Shown: positions 28,168-36,138 of the stretch, piece by piece | How the letters are laid out: each line of letters begins with the position of its first letter | Position numbering within the stretch: position 1 is the first letter of the stretch | Source of the DNA: Pseudolabrys sp. | GTDB taxonomy: Bacteria; Pseudomonadota; Alphaproteobacteria; Rhizobiales; Xanthobacteraceae | Assembly (NCBI GenBank): GCA_030655215.1 | Contig: JAURVZ010000091.1 | Coordinates: 3,137-67,136, forward strand | Direction of reading: 5' to 3' | Length of the DNA stretch: 64,000 bases | Made by a program: the position numbers and the translations under genes | The notes under the pieces: model-generated | Databases searched by the model: none | Seen by the model: the letters and a program-made list of their open reading frames with translations, nothing else | Told to the model about the DNA's origin: nothing

Positions 28168-30129
28168 TTATTGCGCGGGCGGAGTCGCTGGTTCGGCCGT
28201 TGCCGCCGGCGGTTCCGCCGCGGGCGCGGGAACTGCCGTAGGCGCCGTTGCTCCCGGTGAATTACCGGTCAGCCTGTCGATCGCTGATTTGACGGCATCG
28301 CGCGCCGAACGCTCACGCACCGCATTGAGCAGCGGCGCTGCGGCGCCGGAGCGGCGGATCAGGGCTTCCGGATCAGGCAGCATCATCGGGTCTTCCCAGC
28401 CGCCTTGCACGATGAAGGGTAGTTCGAAGGCCGCCGCGCCCGGGCGTGTCGACACCAATGTAGCAACGCCCTTGAGGTCGAGTTCGCGTTCCGGGATCGA
28501 AGCGGTGCCGATCAGGCCAAGCCGCACGGCCGAGCCTTCGATCTTCACATCTTCGACCGACGCAATACCCTTGCTGATCTTCAGGCCCACAGTGAGCCGG
28601 TCGTAAGGCGTGGTGCCGCTGCGGAAGTCGCCGCCGCCGGAGAGCGGACGCCGCTCCAGCCGGCGCAGCAACTGCTCGACGTTCAATCCGGTGAGAGCGC
28701 CGTTCTGGCCGATAAGCCCGGCGGTGCCGTTCAAGGTGCGCGTCACGCCGAGCACGCTCTCGCCGGTGCCTTCGACGTTGAATGAAAGGTTGCCCCGGCC
28801 AGCGAGCTTGTGCAGGCCGAACAGCTGGCCGAGGCTGGTTTCCAGATCGACATCGATGAATTGCATCTGCGATTTGAGATCGATGCCGGCTTCGAAATTG
28901 GCCAGTGCCAGCGAACCCTTGATCACGCCGCCATAGGCCTGCGCCTCGCCAACAGTGACGGCGAGATGGCCGTTGCGCAGATTGGCGCCGATCGCGGTGC
29001 GGCCGAACTTGGCATTCGACAGGATGACGTTAGCGGCCGACAGGCGCAGATCGAAGTCGATGCCTGACAGGCCTTCCGGCGTAATGCGCGAGCTGCTCCA
29101 TTCGCGCTGATTGCTGGTCAGCAGGCGCACGGTCGAGACATAGGGCGTCAGGTCCAGCGTCTCGGCGGCCAGCGTGCCTTGCAAGGTCTGGCGGCCATCG
29201 GTGGCGAAGGTCAGCACGCCCTCGGCGCTGTTGCCGTCGAGTTCGACATTGACGCCGGATAGGCCGATCGTGCCGCCGACAACAGTGGTCTGCGCCTTGA
29301 TGGCGAAGCGGCCGAACCCGCCGCCGGGAAGCGGATTGAGCCCGGCCCAGCCCAGCGCCAAGCGCAGCGAGGCCGCGTCGGCGGCCAATGTGCCTTCGAC
29401 CTTGAGCGTCGGCTTGATGCTCAGCGCGCCTTCAAAGGCGGCCTTCATCGGCGCGCCGGCAATGCGCAGCTTCACGCCGGTGCGGTTGCCGAGAAGCGCT
29501 GCCGGAAAATCGGCTAGCGTAATGCTGGCGTCGACCTGCTCGGCGCGCCAGATGAAATGGCCGGTGGCGCCGAAGCTCTTCGAGATCGCCGGCCAGGCCA
29601 GCGAGAAATCGACGTCGCTGAGGATTTCGACAGCCCGGGTGACATGGTTGCGCAGGATGACGGTGCCGTTGTTGATGCGCATTTCCGAGAAGGCGGCGAC
29701 CGGGCGCGTGCCGTTGGTCTTGGTGCCGAGCGAGTCGATCAGGCCCGACCAATTCGACTTGCCTTCACCATCGATATCGACGGCGATGGTCGGCCGCTCC
29801 AGCGACACGTCCGCGATCTCGACTCGGCCGATCAGCAGCGGGAAGAACCGCAAGCGCGCGGTCAGCCGCTCAGCGGTCAGCGCCGGGCGATCGGCATTGC
29901 CGAGCATCACATCGGCAAAGCTGACGCTGCCTTTGGGAAACAGCGAGACGGTCGCCTTGCCGCGCAAAGTGGGATCGAGGCCGGTTGCCGAGCGGATGCC
30001 GTTCAGCACCTCGGCGCGCACCGTATCGGGGGAAATCAGATAGCCCGCCGTGGTGAGCACGCCGGTCGCGAGGGCGATGACGGCGAGCAGCACAAATCCC
30101 AAGCGTCGGAAGCCAGCGGAGGCCGTCAA
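28168..30129 (-). CDS. AsmA family protein
   Basis: N-terminal TM anchor followed by a repeated beta-rich AsmA-like region. Confidence 0.8.
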   Translation of the reverse strand: MTASAGFRRLGFVLLAVIALATGVLTTAGYLISPDTVRAEVLNGIRSATGLDPTLRGKATVSLFPKGSVSFADVMLGNADRPALTAERLTARLRFFPLLIGRVEIADVSLERPTIAVDIDGEGKSNWSGLIDSLGTKTNGTRPVAAFSEMRINNGTVILRNHVTRAVEILSDVDFSLAWPAISKSFGATGHFIWRAEQVDASITLADFPAALLGNRTGVKLRIAGAPMKAAFEGALSIKPTLKVEGTLAADAASLRLALGWAGLNPLPGGGFGRFAIKAQTTVVGGTIGLSGVNVELDGNSAEGVLTFATDGRQTLQGTLAAETLDLTPYVSTVRLLTSNQREWSSSRITPEGLSGIDFDLRLSAANVILSNAKFGRTAIGANLRNGHLAVTVGEAQAYGGVIKGSLALANFEAGIDLKSQMQFIDVDLETSLGQLFGLHKLAGRGNLSFNVEGTGESVLGVTRTLNGTAGLIGQNGALTGLNVEQLLRRLERRPLSGGGDFRSGTTPYDRLTVGLKISKGIASVEDVKIEGSAVRLGLIGTASIPERELDLKGVATLVSTRPGAAAFELPFIVQGGWEDPMMLPDPEALIRRSGAAAPLLNAVRERSARDAVKSAIDRLTGNSPGATAPTAVPAPAAEPPAATAEPATPPAQ

Positions 30130-30265
30130 AGGAGTATTTCCGGTTATTTAGTGCGGAGCGCGGCGGACTATACCACCCGTTCCGTCGCCGCCAACCTGCG
30201 GGGCCTCTGTGACCCTTTCATGGCCGCAGCCTGTGGCTAAGTCCGCCTGTGGCCAACTAAAAAGC

Positions 30266-31948
30266 TCAGGCGCTGGCGGCGCCCGTCAATGCTGCCGTCG
30301 ACAACGCAGCCTGGCGCTGCTCGGTCGTGTCGGCGAGCCGGACCAGCAGGATCACCGGGAATATGCCGGCGGCGACGATGAGCAGGGCGGCCAGCGCACC
30401 TTCCTCGAAACTGCCGCGCGTCGCGTACTGGTAGATCGAGGTCGACAGCGTCTCGAGGTTGAGCGGACGCATCAGCAGCGTCATCGGCAGTTCCTTGAGG
30501 CAATCGACGAACACCAGCAGCGCGGCGGCGGCCAGCGCCGGCCGCAGCAGCGGCAAATGGATATCGCGCAGGATTTTCAGCGAGCCGGCGCCCGACAAAC
30601 GTGCGGCGTGGTCGAATTCGCGCGGCAGGCTGGTCAATCCGGCCTGCACCATGCCGATGGACATGGAGGCGAAGCGAACCGTGTAGGCAACGATCAGCGC
30701 CGCGCTCGATCCGGCGACGATCAGGCCGACCTGCTTGCCGGCGAAGGCGATTGTCAGCGCATTGATGGCCTCGTCGATCGCCACCAAAGGCGACATCAGG
30801 CCGAGCGCCAGCACAGTGCCGGGAATGGCGTAGCCCATGCTGGCCACCGCCAGGCAGGCAAGCAGCCATTTCATCCGCACCGCGCGCAAGGGCAGCGCCG
30901 CTGCGGCGCCGATGGCCAGCACGACGAGCGTGGCGACGGCGGCGAGCGCGATTGTATTGAACGTGTGCTGCAGAAGCTCAAGGTTCAGCCCGCTGCGTGC
31001 CGCGCGCGACAAAGCCTCGCGCAGCAGGAACGCCGCCGGAAAGACGAAACCGAGCAGCACCGGGGTCCAGCAGGCGGTCGCCGCCGACCACGCCGCCTTG
31101 CCGTGCAGGGCGATGCGCTTGATCGGGCGGATATGCGTCGCCGCAGGTCCAATCTGCTTGCGCCTTCCGTAGCGTTCGAGCGCGATCAGCCCGGCGACCA
31201 GCACCAGCATGGCGAGCGCGATCTGCGCCGCGCCGGGCAGGCTGCTGCGGTTGAGCCAGGTGGTGAAGATCGACAAGGTCATCGTCTGCACGCCGAGATA
31301 TTCGCTGGCGCCGATATCGTTCAGCGTCTCGAGCAGCGCCAGCGCCACACCGACGGCAATCGCCGGCCGCGCCAATGGCAGGCTGATCGTGCGGAATACG
31401 CGCCAAGGCCGCGCCCCGAGCGTGCGCGCCGCTTCGCTCAGCGCGCCGGATTGCGTCTGAAACAGCGCGCGGGCGGCGAGATAGACATAAGGATACAGCA
31501 CGATGCTGAACACAAACACCGCGCCGCCGAGCGAGCGGATCGCCGGGAACCAGTAATCGCCGGTCTGGATGCCGAGCGCGCTACGCAAGGTGCTCTGCAC
31601 CGGCCCGGCGCTCTCCAGCATGTCGGCATAGATGTAAGCGGCGATGTAGGTCGGGATCGCCAGCGGCAAAGGCAACAGCCATTGCAGACTGTCGCGGCCG
31701 GGAAACTGAAACGTCGTCACCAGCCAGGCCGGGAAAATTCCGGCGATGATGGTGATGATCGCCACGCCGGCGAGCAATAAGCTCGTCTGCACAATCGCCA
31801 CCGGCAACACATTGGCGGCGAGATGCGGCCAGATCTCCGCGTCACCAATCCAGGCGATGCGCGCCAGACTCACTAACGGCGCGGCGACCAAAGCCGCCGC
31901 GCCGCCAGCAATCGTGAAACTGAAAAGCCTGTCGCGCGTCAAGATCAA
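30266..31948 (-). CDS. fbpB: Fe3+ ABC transporter permease (FbpB/SfuB-like)
   Basis: Two EAA-loop repeats (EAARTLG, AARLSG), LPLAIPTY and KELP motifs. Confidence 0.88.
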   Translation of the reverse strand: MILTRDRLFSFTIAGGAAALVAAPLVSLARIAWIGDAEIWPHLAANVLPVAIVQTSLLLAGVAIITIIAGIFPAWLVTTFQFPGRDSLQWLLPLPLAIPTYIAAYIYADMLESAGPVQSTLRSALGIQTGDYWFPAIRSLGGAVFVFSIVLYPYVYLAARALFQTQSGALSEAARTLGARPWRVFRTISLPLARPAIAVGVALALLETLNDIGASEYLGVQTMTLSIFTTWLNRSSLPGAAQIALAMLVLVAGLIALERYGRRKQIGPAATHIRPIKRIALHGKAAWSAATACWTPVLLGFVFPAAFLLREALSRAARSGLNLELLQHTFNTIALAAVATLVVLAIGAAAALPLRAVRMKWLLACLAVASMGYAIPGTVLALGLMSPLVAIDEAINALTIAFAGKQVGLIVAGSSAALIVAYTVRFASMSIGMVQAGLTSLPREFDHAARLSGAGSLKILRDIHLPLLRPALAAAALLVFVDCLKELPMTLLMRPLNLETLSTSIYQYATRGSFEEGALAALLIVAAGIFPVILLVRLADTTEQRQAALSTAALTGAASA

Positions 31949-32964
31949 TTGTCGAAGCCGACCTTGTCGACCAAAGCCGCCGCGGCCTTCTTCTGCTCGG
32001 CAATCTTGGACAGCGGCAGCGTATCCGCTTTCAGCGTGCCATAGGCAGCAACGACCTTGTTGAGTTCGATGCCGCTGCGCACCGGATACTCATAGTTCGT
32101 ATCGGCATACATATGCTGCGCCTGCTCGCCGGCCAGCCATTCGATCAGCTTCATCGCATTGGCCTTGTTCGGCGCGTTCTTGGTCAGCATGACGCCGGAC
32201 ACGTTCACATGCGTACCGCCGCCTTCGAAGGTCGGCAGGATCACCTTGGTCGCGTCGGCCCAGGCCTTCTGCTCGGGATTGGCCAGCATCAGGCCATAGT
32301 AATAGGTGTTGCCGATGCCGATGTCGCACTTGCCGGCCGCGACATCGCGCGCGGTTTCACGATCGCCGCCGGACGGCTTCTGCGCCAGATTGGCCTTCAC
32401 GCCACGCAGCCAGGTTTCCGCCTTGGCTTCGCCGTGCTTGGCAATGTAAGCCGCGATCAGCGCGTTGTTATACATGTGCTGGCCGGAGCGGATGCAGATC
32501 TTGCCCTTCCACTTCGGGTCGGCGAGGTCTTCGTAAGTCAGCGTGTCCTGCTTGACGCGATCCTTCGACGCATAGACGACGCGCGCGCGCATCGACACCG
32601 CATACCAGGCACCCTTCGGATCGCGCAGGTTTTCCGGAATGACTTTATCAAGCGCCGGCGAGACGATCGGCTGGCCGATGCCGGCGCTGATGCCGTCTTC
32701 CAGGCGGCCAATATCGACCGTGAGCAGAACGTCGGCAGGGCTAAGCGCGCCTTCGGTCTTGATACGCTGCTCAAGGCCGGAGCTCGCCGAGATGACATTG
32801 ACCTTGATGCCGCTCTCTTTGGTGAAGGCGTCGAACAGCGGCTGGATCAGCTTGGTCTCGCGGTAGGTGTAGACATTGACCTCGCCGGTCTGCGCCAGCG
32901 CAGGGCCGGCGGTGAGCGCGACGGCAGCGGCGATCAAGGCGGCGGTGTGGGCCTGTTTGAACAT
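31945..32964 (-). CDS. fbpA: Fe3+ ABC transporter substrate-binding protein (FbpA/FutA-like)
   Basis: Signal peptide; SPADVLLTVD, H.YN and NTYYYG iron-binding tyrosine pattern. Confidence 0.9.
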   Translation of the reverse strand: MFKQAHTAALIAAAVALTAGPALAQTGEVNVYTYRETKLIQPLFDAFTKESGIKVNVISASSGLEQRIKTEGALSPADVLLTVDIGRLEDGISAGIGQPIVSPALDKVIPENLRDPKGAWYAVSMRARVVYASKDRVKQDTLTYEDLADPKWKGKICIRSGQHMYNNALIAAYIAKHGEAKAETWLRGVKANLAQKPSGGDRETARDVAAGKCDIGIGNTYYYGLMLANPEQKAWADATKVILPTFEGGGTHVNVSGVMLTKNAPNKANAMKLIEWLAGEQAQHMYADTNYEYPVRSGIELNKVVAAYGTLKADTLPLSKIAEQKKAAAALVDKVGFDN

Positions 32965-33079
32965 GCATCTCTCCTGGAGAAAAATTCGACGACCGTTGCG
33001 TCAGCAACAGACGGAGCGATGCGTATGTGGCTTGCCGAAGCATGGCCGGTCAACAGAAATTCTCGTGATAAATCAATAG

Positions 33080-33096
33080 ATTAGAATGATTATAAT
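33080..33096. promoter_or_regulatory. Irr box / iron control element (ICE)
   Basis: ATTAGAA-TGA-TTATAAT matches 11 of 14 positions of TTTAGAA-N3-TTCTAAA; it lies upstream of the iron-binding protein gene. Confidence 0.7.
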
Positions 33097-33365
33097 ATCT
33101 GTATAAGTTGTGGCGGAACAAAATTTACGTGCCCTGCCATGGAGATAGATGAATCAGGACCGCCCGCAACTGATTCTTGCGACAAAGTGCCCGTCCCGCT
33201 TTCTGCGCCGTTCTCCGGAACGTGCCCGCGGCAATCAAAAACATCTCGCATTCGGCCGCGCCGTGAACGCAGTTTCCAAATTTTGCTGCCCGCGTTCGCA
33301 ACGATTGACTTGCCGCAGCGCGCAATACTTTCCTTGCGCGTTCACTGCATTTTCAGGGGCGGCAC

Positions 33366-34475
33366 ATGACACAGATGAAGCGGCGCGATTTTCTTAAAGC
33401 ATCGGCAGCGATCGCTGCGGCAGGTGCCGCTGGGGGATTTGGCTGCGTCGAGATCGCCAGCGCCGCGCCGATCACGGTGCCGACCGTCGACAAACTGACC
33501 ATGCGTGTGCTCATCGACTCGAGCCACGATCAATTCCTGCGGCCGAAGACGGTTGGCGGCGTGCAGAGCATACCGCCCGGCGCCGGCCGCGGCGCCGATT
33601 ATCGCAAGGTGCTGCACAATCAGTGGGGCCTGTCGCTGTTCCTCGAAACGCAGCAGGGTGCCGACCAGCGCGCCGTGCTGCTCGACTTCGGCTACAGCCC
33701 CGATGCACTCGTCAACAACATCGAAATCCTCAAGGTCGATCCGACCAAGGTCAGCGCGCTGATCGTCAGCCATGGCCATTTCGATCACTTCGGCGGCCTG
33801 CAGGGCTTCCTCGACAAATATCGCGACAAGCTCTCGCCCGACCTCAAGCTCTATGCCGGCGGCGAGGATAATTTCTGCCAGCGCTTTGCCGGCCCAGCGA
33901 ACAGCCTGACCGAATTCGGCGTACTCGACCGTCGCGAATTGTCGGCCAAGAAGGTCACCGTCGTTTTGTGCGAGACGCCGACCGTCGTTGGCCACGCCTT
34001 CACCACTGGCAAGATCAAGCGCTCAGGCATTGAGCGTATCCTGCCGAACACCTCGGTGCAGTGGAGCGAGAAGGACGGCCTTGGCTGCAATGTCGGTCAT
34101 TACGCGCCGGCCGAGCTTGCCGGCAAGATCGTGCCGGACGAGCACGTGCATGAGCACGCCACCGTCTTCAACATCAAGGACAAGGGCCTCGTCGTCATCA
34201 GTTCCTGCGGCCATGTCGGCATCGTCAATTCGGTCAAGCAGGCGCAGGAAGTCTCCGGCATCCAGAAGGTGCATGCGGTGGTCGGCGGCTTCCATCTCGG
34301 TCCGGCGCCGGGCGACTATCTCAAGCAGATCGTCACCGAGCTGGAGAAGCTCAATCCGGACGTGATCATCCCGATGCATTGCAGCGGCGACAATTTCGTC
34401 CGCCAGGTGCGCGAGCAATTGCCGAACAAGCTGCTGGAATCGACCACGGGCAATCAATACGTCTTCGGCGCCTGA
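33366..34475 (+). CDS. Tat-exported metallo-beta-lactamase-fold hydrolase
   Basis: KRRDFLK Tat motif; SHGHFDH, SCGH, GGFHL and PMHC motifs. Confidence 0.88.
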   Translation: MTQMKRRDFLKASAAIAAAGAAGGFGCVEIASAAPITVPTVDKLTMRVLIDSSHDQFLRPKTVGGVQSIPPGAGRGADYRKVLHNQWGLSLFLETQQGADQRAVLLDFGYSPDALVNNIEILKVDPTKVSALIVSHGHFDHFGGLQGFLDKYRDKLSPDLKLYAGGEDNFCQRFAGPANSLTEFGVLDRRELSAKKVTVVLCETPTVVGHAFTTGKIKRSGIERILPNTSVQWSEKDGLGCNVGHYAPAELAGKIVPDEHVHEHATVFNIKDKGLVVISSCGHVGIVNSVKQAQEVSGIQKVHAVVGGFHLGPAPGDYLKQIVTELEKLNPDVIIPMHCSGDNFVRQVREQLPNKLLESTTGNQYVFGA

Positions 34476-34491
34476 TCATGGGGCCGGCGGC

Positions 34492-35121
34492 ATGAAGCGT
34501 GTTCTCGCAGCAAGCTTCGCCGCCGGCCTTCTGATCGCTGGTCTGCTCGTTGCGCTGTGGCCGTCATCGCCAACGCCACAGCGCTCGACCGCCGAATTGA
34601 TGGACGTGCTGATGTGGAACAGGGAGCCGGTCGGCGGCCCTTTCACTTTGGTCGATCATAATGGCCGCAGCCGCAGCGATGTCGACTTCCGCGGCAAGGT
34701 GATGGTGATCTATTTCGGCTTTACCTATTGCACCGACATCTGCCCGACCGACTTGCAAGCCATCGGCAATGCCGTCGATCGCCTCGGACCGCTGGCGGAT
34801 CAGGTGCAGCCGCTGTTCATCACCGTCAATCCGGAAATGGATACGCCGGAAAATCTCAAGAAGTTCGTCGGGCTGTTCCATCCGCACATCATTGGCCTCA
34901 CCGGCACTGCGTCGCAGATCCGCCGCGTCGCTGACGACTTCAAGGTCTATTTCGCCAAGAGCGAACCGTCGAAGCGGGCCGACCCTGGCGTCGATCATTC
35001 CGGCTTCACCTTCCTGATCGGTGCAGACGGCAAATATATCGGCTTCCTGCCGCCGGGCACGTCGGGCGAGCGGATGGTCAACACTATCAAGCCTCACCTT
35101 ATCGCTGCTGCGGGGTCTTGA
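34492..35121 (+). CDS. SCO1/SenC family copper-binding protein
   Basis: FGFTYCTDICP (CxxxC) and downstream DHS histidine; N-terminal TM. Confidence 0.9.
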   Translation: MKRVLAASFAAGLLIAGLLVALWPSSPTPQRSTAELMDVLMWNREPVGGPFTLVDHNGRSRSDVDFRGKVMVIYFGFTYCTDICPTDLQAIGNAVDRLGPLADQVQPLFITVNPEMDTPENLKKFVGLFHPHIIGLTGTASQIRRVADDFKVYFAKSEPSKRADPGVDHSGFTFLIGADGKYIGFLPPGTSGERMVNTIKPHLIAAAGS

Positions 35122-35141
35122 GACCGGCAACGCTCTTAATC

Positions 35142-35292
35142 CGTCACCCTGAGGTGCGAGCGCATATGCGCGAGCCTCGAAGAGCCTGCCCCCGGACTTG
35201 ATCCGGGGGGCGACGGCCCATATAGCGCGGCCGTCTCCTTTGAGGTTCGCCATAGCGCGTGAACGCGCTATGGCTCGCACCTCAGGATGACG
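35142..35292. repeat. Composite CGTC-tagged REP-like inverted repeat
   Basis: CGTCACCCTGAGGTGCGAGC...GCTCGCACCTCAGGATGACG termini with nested hairpins; lies between convergent genes. Confidence 0.8.
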
Positions 35293-35340
35293 GGTTAGAA
35301 ATTGCGCGAGCCGCCATAAAGCCAAGCAGCGGCTGCTGCC

Positions 35341-36099
35341 TTACCGTGTGATCGTCAGTGGGGGCAGAGACTGCGTCGCATCGGCAATCTCGGCGATCAT
35401 CTTCTTGACGATCGCCTCGCCGAACGAATTGAAATCCTTCGCCTCGACCACGAAGCTGCCCGGCCCGCCGGTGACATTGTCACGGTAATATTGCGCCAGC
35501 CCGCCCGGCGGATTGGTGTGCTCCGGATTCCACGGCATCGGCGTATCGCTCAAGATCACCAGCCCGTTGATGGTAATGCCGAGCCGCAGTGCCTCGTCGC
35601 GCGCCGCCGTCACGCTGCGCCCTGAATTGTTGGTGCCGTCGCCGGACACATCGATGGTCTGCCGCTCGGCAAACCACGGCGCGCGGGCGAATTGTGCCAC
35701 CGCGCCATCAATGCCGGCGCTGATCGAGGTGCGATCGGCAAAGGCGCGCGGCGATTCCAGCAACTGATCGGCGAAGGCCTGCGCTGTCTTCTGCCCATCG
35801 ATGATCGTCCAGTCGATGACGACCTTCTGGTTGCCATTGCCCGACCATTCGAGAAACAACATGGCGATGCGCTGGTTGCGGCCGGACTTGATGGCATCCA
35901 GAACCCGCGCGTTCGACACGGCGGCGGCATAACCTTCGCGCTGCAGCTTGAACTTGATGCTGTCGACACTGCGCGACACATCGGCGGCCAGCACCAACAG
36001 CAGATCGACTTTGTCGCGTTTGTCAGCCGCGCGGGCAGGCGGGATGAGCGCTGCAATCAGCGCGGTGAGAATGATGGCGCAATGCAGATACCGGCGCAT
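35341..36099 (-). CDS. DUF1194 (vWA-like) exported protein
   Basis: Signal peptide; LAADVSRS (MIDAS-like), IDVSGDG.NN and GGPGSFV motifs. Confidence 0.85.
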   Translation of the reverse strand: MRRYLHCAIILTALIAALIPPARAADKRDKVDLLLVLAADVSRSVDSIKFKLQREGYAAAVSNARVLDAIKSGRNQRIAMLFLEWSGNGNQKVVIDWTIIDGQKTAQAFADQLLESPRAFADRTSISAGIDGAVAQFARAPWFAERQTIDVSGDGTNNSGRSVTAARDEALRLGITINGLVILSDTPMPWNPEHTNPPGGLAQYYRDNVTGGPGSFVVEAKDFNSFGEAIVKKMIAEIADATQSLPPLTITR

Positions 36100-36138
36100 G
36101 ACTACCTCTCTCGAGGCGCCAAGCTTAACCGATTCACT

